Origin: a candidate division FCPU426 bacterium | GTDB taxonomy: Bacteria; Oederibacteriota; Muellerivitia; Muellerivitales; Muellerivitaceae | Direction of reading: 5' to 3' | Length of the DNA stretch: 64,000 bases | NCBI GenBank assembly: GCA_963847625.1 | Contig: CAWKAR010000003.1 | Span: 110,350-174,349 of the forward strand | Shown here: positions 31,419 through 40,930 of the stretch, piece after piece | Numbering within the stretch: position 1 is the stretch's first letter | How the letters are laid out: the number at the start of each line of letters is the position of its first letter | Translations under genes and position numbers: made by a program | Notes under the pieces: generated by a model | Told to the model about the DNA's origin: nothing | Databases searched by the model: none | Seen by the model: the letters and a program-made list of their open reading frames with translations, nothing else

Positions 31419-31961
31419 TTAATGGATCGCGGCGCTAGGGACGGCTTTCCAGATTTCCTGCGCTTTAGCCGGAAGCGAGTCCATATGCTTGAGGAAAAGC
31501 GCCAGCTTCCAGGCTTGGTCGTCGGTCAAGGCCTTGCTGAAACCCGGCATGCCGGTTAAGCGAATGCCGTGCTTGACCTTCCAGAAAGTAACCCCTTCCG
31601 GGTCGTCTTCCACTCCATCTGTCGCGAGTTGGGGGGCTTGTTGGTATAGCCCCATCGCGATGTTGGAAGGTTTTCCGTCGGAAGCGCCATGGCAGACGGC
31701 GCAGTTTGCGGAATAGAGTTTTATCCCCTCCATCAGATTTTTCCCGTTAAATTCAACGGGATTCGGGCCTTTGGGCGCTTCGCGTTGAATGGAAGCATGC
31801 AGGGATTTCCAGGCCATCCATTTCTCAAGAGCCGGGGGTTTGCCGTCAGCGTTGACCGGCATGAACCCGGAGATAATGAAGAAGTACCCCCCCATGGCTA
31901 CACAGGCCAGGGTGATGAGTATTCCCCATAAAATCCCTTTTCCCATAAACGCTGCCTCCAT
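31419..31961 (-). CDS. Membrane-anchored cytochrome c
   Basis: CAVCH and FWKVKHGIRLTGMPGF. Confidence 0.88.
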   Translation of the reverse strand: MEAAFMGKGILWGILITLACVAMGGYFFIISGFMPVNADGKPPALEKWMAWKSLHASIQREAPKGPNPVEFNGKNLMEGIKLYSANCAVCHGASDGKPSNIAMGLYQQAPQLATDGVEDDPEGVTFWKVKHGIRLTGMPGFSKALTDDQAWKLALFLKHMDSLPAKAQEIWKAVPSAAIH

Positions 31962-32041
31962 CCAAAATCCATTATTAATCTATGATCGGGTTTTTTCGTT
32001 TCTTTTTCCAGATGGATACCCAAATTTGGACGTATATGACT

Positions 32042-32069
32042 TGTCCACGAAGGGTCCCCTTCGTGGACA
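32042..32069 (+). repeat. Cassette-boundary site F (perfect 11-6-11 palindrome)
   Basis: TGTCCACGAAG GGTCCC CTTCGTGGACA. Confidence 0.85.
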
Positions 32070-32082
32070 ATTAAACCTCGGA

Positions 32083-32514
32083 TCAAAACCCCAACTTTTT
32101 AAGAAGTTGCGCCGTGGTATACCACTCAATCCCGATTCCCTCAAAATCTCCGTCGTTAGACCATAAGGGTATTTTCAATTCGAGGGACAAAGCCAATAAA
32201 TCTATGTCATCCGGGTCTCTTTTTCCAATTTTCCTCCGGGCTAATGCAAAAGAACCGTGATAATCCTTTAGGCCGTATTCCCTGACAGCCAATAGTTGAA
32301 ATTGGCTTTCCAGGAGTTCCTCGGCTATGCGATATTTCACGGCCATGATTGGAAGGTATTCACGCACTTCTTTGATATTCAATGCCGTGGATATGACTTC
32401 AAGGTGGGAATGAGTAAAAACTTTGAGGGCAGCCCTGCCGGTCGCGGCGGAAAGAAGGACGTTAGCGTCCGCGGCGATTTGCCCGGCGGGTTTTTCTCCA
32501 TGTTTCAAAGTCAT
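32083..32514 (-). CDS. PIN-domain (VapC-like) toxin
   Basis: DANVLLSA, RDPDD, LWSNDGDF; start uncertain. Confidence 0.85.
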   Translation of the reverse strand: MTLKHGEKPAGQIAADANVLLSAATGRAALKVFTHSHLEVISTALNIKEVREYLPIMAVKYRIAEELLESQFQLLAVREYGLKDYHGSFALARRKIGKRDPDDIDLLALSLELKIPLWSNDGDFEGIGIEWYTTAQLLKKLGF

Positions 32515-32740
32515 GTGTAACCGTCCGCTCACTAACGCCTGATTTTTTGAGATGGTTGGAAATGGCGGAGCCAAGGTTCGTTAAAAGTTCCCTCCGCAAT
32601 TCCAGGGGAAGTTCCTGGGACTTGGACATAGGTACCAATAGGCTGGCGACTTTCCCGTGTTTGGTCACAAACACGAGATCGTCCCCGCTCAGAAACTCCG
32701 GCGCGTGATCCCTAAATTCCCTTACCCCTGCGACTCGCAT
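32462..32740 (-). CDS. Phd/YefM-like antitoxin
   Basis: GVREFR..VFVTKHGK; overlaps the PIN gene. Confidence 0.8.
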   Translation of the reverse strand: MRVAGVREFRDHAPEFLSGDDLVFVTKHGKVASLLVPMSKSQELPLELRRELLTNLGSAISNHLKKSGVSERTVTHDFETWRKTRRANRRGR

Positions 32741-32837
32741 AAAACCACCTTCCTGCAACCTATGATACTTTCGGCCCTTTCAATATAGACGTTCTTATAA
32801 TTATGTCAACAATTATGTACACATTACCCATTTTAGG

Positions 32838-32890
32838 TGTCCACGATCCCTGCCGCTCGCTGCGGTGCGAGCGGATCCCCGTCGCGGACA
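32838..32890 (+). repeat. Cassette-boundary site G (53-bp hairpin-containing variant)
   Basis: TGTCCA CGATCCCTGCCGCTCGC TGCGGT GCGAGCGGA TCCCC GTCG CGGACA. Confidence 0.75.
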
Positions 32891-32896
32891 GCCTCA

Positions 32897-33397
32897 TCAC
32901 ATTAAAATTCGAAGAATCTTCTCAACTACATCTTTCGAGGAACCCGTCCCCACTTCCATCTTGTGTTCGTTCTCAAGTGTGACCCTGGCTTTCAGAACCT
33001 GATTAATACGGACGGAACTTTCAAAGTCATGATTGCCGCTGTCCCTCATTGGGTCAATTATTCGCCGCTTCAATTCGTTAGAGTCATCCAGGAAAAAGGT
33101 GAGCATCACGCAGGAAGCTTTTGGAAATAATCCTTTAAGCCGAATCATCCGTTCTGGTTGAACGTCCACCACCAGGATATTCTTGAAGCCGTATTTAAGA
33201 TACCGTTCCAATGTGAACGCGAGTATTTCCTCGGATAACCGTTCTTCCTCCTGCGATGCATCCCGCCAACCTTCGTGAAGGTGCGCACTCCGAATCCAAT
33301 CAAACTCCAAGCATGGCGATTGCAGTTTTTCTTTGAGAAGTCTACTGAGGGTTGTTTTACCCACTCCGGGTGCACCCACGATAAAAATGATGTCCAT
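32897..33397 (-). CDS. P-loop NTPase/kinase (AAA_18/AAA_33-like)
   Basis: GAPGVGKT; likely start MDIIF at 33397. Confidence 0.75.
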   Translation of the reverse strand: MDIIFIVGAPGVGKTTLSRLLKEKLQSPCLEFDWIRSAHLHEGWRDASQEEERLSEEILAFTLERYLKYGFKNILVVDVQPERMIRLKGLFPKASCVMLTFFLDDSNELKRRIIDPMRDSGNHDFESSVRINQVLKARVTLENEHKMEVGTGSSKDVVEKILRILM

Positions 33398-33441
33398 CAA
33401 TTGCTCCCTAATTTCAGACCTCTCAATCGTCGCTCTTTTTC

Positions 33442-33469
33442 TGTCCACGACGGGTCCCCAGAGTGGACA
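33442..33469 (+). repeat. Cassette-boundary site H
   Basis: TGTCCA CGACGGG TCCCC AGAG TGGACA. Confidence 0.85.
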
Positions 33470-33548
33470 GACATGTGCCGATCAATTGGCTTATTTTACC
33501 TCTTACTGAGCATATAAAAAAATTGTCACGAATAAGCTGTTTTACTGT

Positions 33549-34603
33549 CCCGAGTTCCATAAGTAAGTGCAACACTTAGTGTCTGAAGAAGGCCGCATGA
33601 ATAGGATATGCGGCTATGAAAAAGAAATACAAGCATTTAAGCGTTGAAGAAAGAGATCATTTATCCGTCTTGAAAGGAAAGGGTCTTAGCCTTCGAGCAA
33701 TTTCACGCGCCTTGAAGAGGTCTCCTTCCACCCTCTCCAGGGAACTCAAGCGCAATGCTCCCCCTATCCGTTCTGGTTATTATCTTTCTCATCGAGCCCA
33801 TCAACGGTATGTTGACCGCAACCAACAACGAGCACGCCGTTTACGCCTGAAAACAAAACGAATTCGTGCCTACGTCCGTCGTCAATTGAAACGAGGCTGG
33901 TCTCCAGAACTCATTTCAGGTCGATTAGGTCACCTACGGCCTAAGCAAACCATTGGTCCTGAAGCTATCTATCAGTGGGTTTATGCTGAAGCCACTGAGC
34001 TGATTCCTTGCCTAGTTCGACACCACCGGCGACGATTCTCATTTGGCCATAGCCGTAAGCACGCCAAAAACCATATCCCAGGCCGTGTTTCCATCGATAA
34101 GCGCTCCGAGATCGCCAATCAACGCAAGCAATTCGGCCATTGGGAAACCGACACCATGGTCTCTCGTCAGAGTAAAGTTGCTATGCGGGCTCTCGTCGAG
34201 CGTCAAAGCCGTTTTTCCAAGTTGGGAAAGCTCAAACGAAAGACCGCTTGCCAAATGAGTCATAGCCTCAACCGCGCTTTATGCCGCTTCCCTCAAGACG
34301 CCCGCCTGAGTCTGACCTATGACAACGGAACCGAAAACACCAACCACTTGGAAACCAACCACGTGCTTGGTACAAAATCCTTTTTCTGCGCCCCTTTCCA
34401 CAGTTGGGAAAAAGGTACGGTGGAAAATACTATCGGTCTTGTCCGCCGCCATTTGCCTAAAAAGACTGATCTTGCTAAAGTGTCCTTCAAAGAATTCAGG
34501 ACCATAGAAAGATGGCTCAATAACAGGCCCAGGAAATGTTTGGGCTTTAAAACTCCGGCGGAAGTCTTCCGGCGAAGTGTTGCACTTACTCCGTGAATTC
34601 GGC
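33549..34603 (+). mobile_element. IS30 family insertion sequence
   Basis: Imperfect IRs of about 29 bp ending AGTAAGTGCAACACTT; TGT duplicated on both flanks. Confidence 0.88.
33616..34596 (+). CDS. IS30 transposase
   Basis: GHWETDT, YDNGTE, SWEKGTVEN, LNNRPRKCLG. Confidence 0.93.
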   Translation: MKKKYKHLSVEERDHLSVLKGKGLSLRAISRALKRSPSTLSRELKRNAPPIRSGYYLSHRAHQRYVDRNQQRARRLRLKTKRIRAYVRRQLKRGWSPELISGRLGHLRPKQTIGPEAIYQWVYAEATELIPCLVRHHRRRFSFGHSRKHAKNHIPGRVSIDKRSEIANQRKQFGHWETDTMVSRQSKVAMRALVERQSRFSKLGKLKRKTACQMSHSLNRALCRFPQDARLSLTYDNGTENTNHLETNHVLGTKSFFCAPFHSWEKGTVENTIGLVRRHLPKKTDLAKVSFKEFRTIERWLNNRPRKCLGFKTPAEVFRRSVALTP

Positions 34604-34684
34604 TGTTTATTTAACACCCAACTAATGGTTTCTGAATGAGCCCCAACCCCTTGACTCTTTATTTGCATATGCAATAATATATAT

Positions 34685-34984
34685 ATGTTTGATATCCAAT
34701 TTTCGACCGGTGTCTGGAATGACCTGAAGCCCATCCCCATACGGGGCCAACGGATCATCCTCGATGCGATCGAAGAACAACTCACACATCAGCCCGCGAC
34801 AAAAACAAGGAACCGAAAGATACTATTGAACCTGGTGCCTCCCTGGCAAAATATGCCGCCAATATGGGAATTAAGGGTTGATGATTACCGTGTTTTTTAC
34901 GATGTAGCTGAGGAGGAACAAACGGTGTATGTGCGGACCATCCGTTACAAACCGCCTCACAGCCGAACGGAGGATATTTTATGA
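34685..34984 (+). CDS. RelE/ParE family toxin
   Basis: WELRVDDYRVFY. Confidence 0.85.
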   Translation: MFDIQFSTGVWNDLKPIPIRGQRIILDAIEEQLTHQPATKTRNRKILLNLVPPWQNMPPIWELRVDDYRVFYDVAEEEQTVYVRTIRYKPPHSRTEDIL

Positions 34985-35229
34985 AAACAGTCAATGTCCG
35001 GGATCTTCAGAAAAAGATAAAAGAATTCGTCGATGCCTCCCAAAAGGACCGTGTGGTATTAACCCGCCATGGCAAGCCGTCAGCCATCCTGGTCGGGGTT
35101 GAGGGTGAAGACTGGGAAACGGTTGTGCAGGAAACCAACGCCGAATTTTGGAATTTAATCCAATCCCGCAGAAAGCAAAAAACCATCCCACTTGCCGTGA
35201 TGAAAACCCGCTTGAAATTGAAAAAATAG
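34981..35229 (+). CDS. Phd/YefM antitoxin
   Basis: VVLTRHGKPSAILVG; ATGA overlap with the toxin gene. Confidence 0.85.
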   Translation: MKTVNVRDLQKKIKEFVDASQKDRVVLTRHGKPSAILVGVEGEDWETVVQETNAEFWNLIQSRRKQKTIPLAVMKTRLKLKK

Positions 35230-35230
35230 T

Positions 35231-35283
35231 TGTCCAATCCCACTGCCATTTGCTGCGGTGCAAATGGCTCCCCGGGTTGGACT
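35231..35283 (+). repeat. Cassette-boundary site I (53-bp variant; right half resembles a tRNA 3' end)
   Basis: TGTCCA ATCCCACTGCCATTTGC TGCGGT GCAAATGGC TCCCC GGGT TGGACT. Confidence 0.75.
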
Positions 35284-35313
35284 CCCTTCGTTTCACTCAG
35301 GGCAAGCTCACCC

Positions 35314-35526
35314 TCAAGGCCGTCCTTTCCATAAAGCTTCCTTTCGGGACCTGTTCCACCCTTTGATCTCGCGTTCCCGGCGAGCCGCATCCCTCGCCGT
35401 TTATACCGTTTCCAAGTAGAGGGCTCGCTCGACACGGTGCTGTCGCAAGCGATGTTGGAGATGGTTGGTTATTCCCGTGTAGTACTTCCCCTGCTTGGCA
35501 ATGATGTAGACATACCATGTTGACAT
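35314..35526 (-). pseudogene. Small GIY-YIG nuclease with an in-frame stop (not in the ORF track)
   Basis: MSTWYVYII..YYTGITNHLQHRLRQH..*TARDAARREREIKGWNRSRKE; TAA at 35401-35403. Confidence 0.8.
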
Positions 35527-35570
35527 GGAAAGGACTACCTTTCGGATCTCGTCCTTCAATAGCCTTTTAA

Positions 35571-36772
35571 CAGGTATCAAACGTTAAAAATCTCCTGGAT
35601 TCCCGCGAGTGGATATCCGTTTCCAAAGAAGGCCTGCAATTGACGCGTCCAAAAGAACTGTTGATGGAATGGGCGGGCAGGTACCGGTATAACGAAGACA
35701 ACCATTTCGAGCGTTTTTACACCCTTAAATCTTACGAGGAGCTGATGGAGGTTTTATCCCGGAATGATTTGGGCTCGCAAATAATCGGTTACACGAATAG
35801 GTTCGCGCTGACAAGTTTCTCGGGATCGAATTTGTTATCCCCTTATATTCGCAGTAAAACCATAAGCTTTTATGTCGATGATATTGATTTTTGGATAGCA
35901 CGAATGGAACTAAAAAGGGTTGAGAGCGGGGAGAATGTGTTCCTAGTGAGGCCCTATGACGAAGGGGTTTACTACGGGTCGAAAAACGAAAAGGGGGTGC
36001 CTGTGGTTTCCCCCATCCAGTTATACTTGGATTTGAAAACCTCAGGCGGGCGCGGTGAGGACGCGGCGGAAAATTTATTGAAGGAAGTTATCGAAAAACA
36101 ATGGCAAATTTAAGCGGTTATTCACAAGAGGTGGTTGAGGCGGCCAAATCGGTACTCATCGAGTGCGCCCATCTATTGGGTGAGTACCGTGAAAATATCG
36201 TTTTAGTGGGCGGCTGGGTGCCGACGCTCATCCTGCCGGACGCCATGGAAAATCATATTGGCAGTACCGACGTTGATTTGGCCTTGGATCACCGGAAACT
36301 CCGGGATGCGGGGTATCAAAAAATCGAGAAACTTCTTTTGGGCGCCGGATATGAAAGGACCGAGAAGCCGTTTCAATACCAGAAAAAAGTGAGGGGAATA
36401 CCAGTTTTCGTTGATCTTCTTGCCGGTGAATATTCAGGCACGGGCAAAAGGCATCGGCATCAAAAAATACAAGGATTGAAAGCCCGTAAGGCGCGCGGTT
36501 GCGATTTGGCGTTTGAAAGCCCAGTTGAAATTACAATGGATGGCACCCTTCCTTCGGGAAGCCAGGATAGGGTTATGATCCGAGTGGCTTCCATTGTGAG
36601 TTTTATCGTTATGAAAGGCATGGCTTTGGCCGGTCGTTTCAAACCCAAGGATGCCTATGACATCTATTTTTGCGTGCTTTATTATCCGGGCGGGTTCAAG
36701 GGTCTTGCCGCCGAGTTTAAAGGTCATGCCGATAACCTATTGGTCAAAGAAGGTTTGGAAAAAATCCGTAAT
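35571..36772 (+). repeat. 1202-bp inverted copy of 290..1491 (3' abiEi plus truncated abiEii)
   Basis: Reverse-complement match with identical ORF translations; junctions read from the sequence. Confidence 0.92.
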
Positions 36773-38476
36773 CCGGAATTTCCCAGATGACCTTCTCTGA
36801 AAACATTGCCGGGTAATTTGTTTCTCATTATATTCCCCCCCCCCGCTTCTTCCACCCGTATCCGGAATTTTCTGGCCCAAGGCCAGCGAAATGAGCCCAA
36901 AAAAGGGTTTCTGTGCCCCAAAAAAGTTGAAAATGACCTTCCAGAAAGCCAATTCTCGTTGTGAACGCACACCTATCCCACGATGGTTGATCCGGTTGAA
37001 GCCATGAAGTGTTCCTGCGGTTATCGCAGTACTGGCGCTCGCGGCCTTACCATCGCCAGTAGCCTTATCCGTCCAAGGATTTCAGCAAACAGGCGTTGGG
37101 TAACCATCACCTCCGCCATCTGGAAAACCACGTACCGCGAATGGCGGATAACGTTAGCTCCGATTTTGATAAGTTTTTCTCGCAACGTCGTCAGCGACCA
37201 ATGCTTCACCAGTTCTGGCAGGGCTAGACGGCGAAGGAAGTTGCCCAAGTTGTAAGCCAGTGCAAATAGTTGCAACCTTACTTGGTTGTCCGCGAAGTCG
37301 TGGCAGCTTAGTCTTGTCCACTTCATCGCGTACTTTCCCTCCTTGATCCATTGCTCAGCCGTACCTCTTCCGTTGTAGAACTTCACCACCTGGGGTGCCG
37401 GTCGTCGCATGTTCGTCACGATGAAACCCACCCTCGGGAAAAGTTCGCCGTTGTGATGCTCAATCTTCGCCACCACGCGGCGGGGTTTGTCCCAGCTGAC
37501 GGCTTGGTATTGGAAGCTGTGATACCGGACAACCGGCTTGTGGGAAGGGCGGCCCACGGGACGGGTCAAAAATGGCTCAATTTCTCTTTGTAGCACGCCA
37601 TTGGCGGGTTGGCGGATCGCATAAAGGTATCCTTCGTCTTCTAGGTACTCGTATAGTTCCTGACGGGCGAAGGCCGCGTCACCCCGGAAAAAACGGCTGA
37701 TGGAAAGACCCCGATAACGGACAACCACTGGTTCAAGAACCGACCGCCACTCGTGGGCGCTGGCCACATTGCCGTTGCGCAACATTGCCCGTTCCAAATC
37801 GCCAAACTGGTTGAAACAAAACAGGGGATGGTAACAGGTACAGCCGAAGTAACCGTTGTACAAGGAACCTTCTTGGTCCCCGTAGGTTTCACTCACGGAG
37901 CTGTCCATGTCGAGAATAATCTGCTGGATGGGCTTTTTTTCATGGACACCATCAATCCATTGGCCAGATAGGTCAATCAGACCGGTCTGGTTCTTCGACT
38001 GGGTGAGAACTTCCGTCTCGAAACGTCCCATCTGGCTGGTGGAGGCAGCTTGTTTTTCCTTGGCCCGTCCTCCGATCACATGCCGCATCGCCGGATCAAC
38101 ACTCAATCGTTCTGCGTCGTTGGTGTCCTCGTAACCGGCTAGGCGGCTGTAGATTGATTGCCGCAAAAGCGCCGTCATCGTATGTTGCGTATTCTTGCCG
38201 GTTCGCCGATCCCTCAGAAGGTTTTCCGTTCTGTCAGTCAAACCAAAGGCTTCATCGAGTTCACGATAGGGAATCAACCCGCCATCGGAAGTGACCTTCG
38301 CGCCATGGAACTCCAGCTTGAGACCAGGATCAAAAACCACCCGAAGAGCGTCTTTTCCCCTTTCACCCATTGCATTCCCCCCTCTCGTGGTCCCCAAAGT
38401 GAAGAAAAACCTTTGTTTGTATGGCCAAACGACGCCTTATTATACTCGAAAGGTAATTTCATCTGGGAAATCCGGG
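36773..38476 (-). mobile_element. IS1380 family insertion sequence
   Basis: IRs CCGGAATTTCCCAGATGA and CCCGGATTTCCCAGATGA (16/18). Confidence 0.9.
37021..38370 (-). CDS. IS1380 transposase
   Basis: TSDGGL, GYEDTND, LDMDSS, RGDAAF, YNGRGTAEQWIKEGK. Confidence 0.93.
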   Translation of the reverse strand: MGERGKDALRVVFDPGLKLEFHGAKVTSDGGLIPYRELDEAFGLTDRTENLLRDRRTGKNTQHTMTALLRQSIYSRLAGYEDTNDAERLSVDPAMRHVIGGRAKEKQAASTSQMGRFETEVLTQSKNQTGLIDLSGQWIDGVHEKKPIQQIILDMDSSVSETYGDQEGSLYNGYFGCTCYHPLFCFNQFGDLERAMLRNGNVASAHEWRSVLEPVVVRYRGLSISRFFRGDAAFARQELYEYLEDEGYLYAIRQPANGVLQREIEPFLTRPVGRPSHKPVVRYHSFQYQAVSWDKPRRVVAKIEHHNGELFPRVGFIVTNMRRPAPQVVKFYNGRGTAEQWIKEGKYAMKWTRLSCHDFADNQVRLQLFALAYNLGNFLRRLALPELVKHWSLTTLREKLIKIGANVIRHSRYVVFQMAEVMVTQRLFAEILGRIRLLAMVRPRAPVLR

Positions 38477-39292
38477 TTTAAATACCATTATTTTACCGTT
38501 TTGGGAAAGATGGCGGGAATTCTTTGAAAATCCGACTCCGACCGGAGGAAAACCCCATTTGAAAGCCAATTTTGAATTTTGAGTTTTAAATTCTAAATTG
38601 TGGTTAGATTTCCGTGCCAATTATCCTTAAGACAGTTAATGAATTTGGTACGGTACAGGCCGCATGAGGCTACCAGCCGAGTGCGAGGGTTGCCGGGGCA
38701 GATTTATATCAAATCTGTACCAGCCTCGCTATTAGTTTTATGGAAGGCCTATGCGTCGAGGCTTCATGCCGACCAACCATAAAACTTAAGGGAGGCCGGT
38801 ATAGTACCGATTTACTTCAATTATCCCGGGCATAGCCCGGGAATAACAAATAGTTGAATCGGCACAAGCCGAGATGCGTTTCTGGTGTGCCGGGCCATCC
38901 ATTAAAAAGCCCGGCCTGGCACGCATTTCGGAAATCCTCAATAATTCAACATTTAACATTGAGAATTTAGAATTGCCGTTCCAGCCCATGCGGGTAGGAC
39001 CCCGGCCTCTGCGGGCAGGGATGTGGGCGGTTTATCCCCCATACCGACGGATGCCGCCGGAAATGTGGGCGGTTTATCTCCCCTACCCGCAAATGACACC
39101 GGGAATGTGGGCGGTTTATCTCCCCTGTCGGCAAATGACACTAGGAATGTGGGCAGTTTATCTCCCCCTACCGGCAAATGACACTAGGAATGTGGGCAGT
39201 TTATCTCCCCCTACCGGCAAATGACACTGGGAATGTGGGCAGTTTATCTCCCCTGTCGGCAGATGACACCGGGAATGTGGGCAGTTTATCTC

Positions 39293-40648
39293 GGTAGTGT
39301 ATTTTTGGGGGGTGTAAAAAGAAGCGGGCGTAACATGGTGTTTGTCTAGAACGCCATATCCTTTTTGTGAAAGGAAGTTACGCCCATGAAGAATATACAC
39401 CTAGCCTTACAGGCCTTGGCAAGAGAGAAAACTCAAGCCTGGGTGAAATCTGTGGTTGGAAGCCGTGAGGTCGGCGAATGGGTAGGAGAAGCCCTGAATC
39501 AACAACTTTCGGAGGCTTTCAACGCCCAGTTGAGGAAAGAACGGGATGAAGCGTTGAATCGCCAGCCATATGAAAGGCAGGAAGGAAGCCGGTATCGCAA
39601 TGGGTTCAAGCGGATCCTAGTTGCTGGATTTCTGGGACCTTTGGTGCTGAAAAAGCCAGTTTTGAGGAAAGGCGGATTTGTTTCGGAAACTCTGACGGCA
39701 TTGAGAGATGGAAGCCAAGCCTTGGTGGGATTTCTGGGAATGAAGTTCTGGCTAAAGGGGGCTTCCACCCGGTCGGTGGCGGCAGGGATAAACGAGGCCT
39801 TTGGAACTAAGTGGACGGCCAATCACATTAGCCAGATGACCAATGCCTTAGAACCTACCCTGGAAGCCTGGGCTAAACGGCTATTACCCACAGGGATTCA
39901 ATACTTGTACTTGGATGCGCTTTACCTGACGGTCAGGCGACAGGAAGCTGGTGTGAAACAGGCTTTGCTGGTGGCTATCGGGGTGGACGGGAACCTGAAG
40001 AGGCATTTTCTGGGGTACTTGGTGGGAGACCGTGAAAGTGAGGCGGCCTGGGAAGCCATGTTGGAAGACTTGTTGAACAGAGGCTTAGACAGGAAAAGCT
40101 TACGAATGGTGGTATCCGACGCCCACGGTGGGATTGTCGCGGCGGTGGAAAATCGTCTTGGGATCCCCCATCAATTATGCTTGGTACACAAGATGGAGAA
40201 CGTCCGGTGTCGAGTGGCCCAGAAGGACAGAAAGGCATTCATGGCGGATTTCAAGGCGGTGTATTGGGCCGAGAGTCGAGAAGAACGCCTTGGTGGCACT
40301 AGGAAGTCTCAAGGCTAAGTGGTCCAAAACCTATCCCAAAGCAGTGGAGATGGCAGAGGAAAAATTCGACTCCTATACGCAGTTTTTCCAGGAAGACCGG
40401 AAGTTTTGGAAGATTACCCGCACCAGCAACCTAATCGAACGGCTTAACGAGGAGTTAAGGAAAAGGCTGAGGCCAGCGGGGATGATGCAGAACGAGCTGG
40501 AGATCGCTAAGTTGGTGTGGGGGGTAACCGAAACCCAACAACAAAATTGGAACAAGACTAAAGTCTACACCTCAAGAAGGGAGGCGGAGGTTCAAGCTGC
40601 TTGATTAAGACGCCCGTGGAAATTTACACCCAAAATATTGACGCAGGG
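39293..40648 (+). mobile_element. IS256 family insertion sequence
   Basis: Ends ..GGGTGTAAA / TTTACACCC..; TSD TTTATCTC at 39285-39292 and 40649-40656. Confidence 0.88.
39386..40604 (+). pseudogene. IS256 (mutator-type) transposase, frameshifted near 40287
   Basis: YLDAL, VSDAHGG, QLCLVH in the first frame; TSNLIERLN in the second. Confidence 0.85.
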
Positions 40649-40930
40649 TTTATCTCCCCCTACCGGCAAATGACACTAGGAATGTGGGCAGTTTATCTCC
40701 CCCTACCGGCAAATGACACTAGGAATGTGGGCAGTTTATCTCCCCCTACCGGCAAATGACACTAGGAATGTGGGCAGTTTATCTCCCCCTACCGGCAAAT
40801 GACACTGGGAATGTGGGCAGTTTATCTCCCCTGCCGACGAGTTATCTCCCTAATGCCGCTGGGTTATCTCCCTAATGCCGCTGGGTTATCTCACATGCCG
40901 CCGGGTTATCCCCTGGTTCCAGGGGGTGCT

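Larger units (their letters stand above)
39018..40910. repeat. 42-43-bp minisatellite (about 11 units) interrupted by IS256, followed by shorter 20-22-bp units
   Basis: Unit GGAATGTGGGCAGTTTATCTCCCCCTACCGGCAAATGACACT; 7 ATGTGGG cores before the IS and 4 after. Confidence 0.9.

Noticed and set aside
35265..35284. Complete or intron-split tRNA gene
   Set aside because: No matching 5' half found on either side of the IS1380 unit.
39018..40910. CRISPR array
   Set aside because: Units are contiguous and near-identical with no unique spacers; no cas genes seen.
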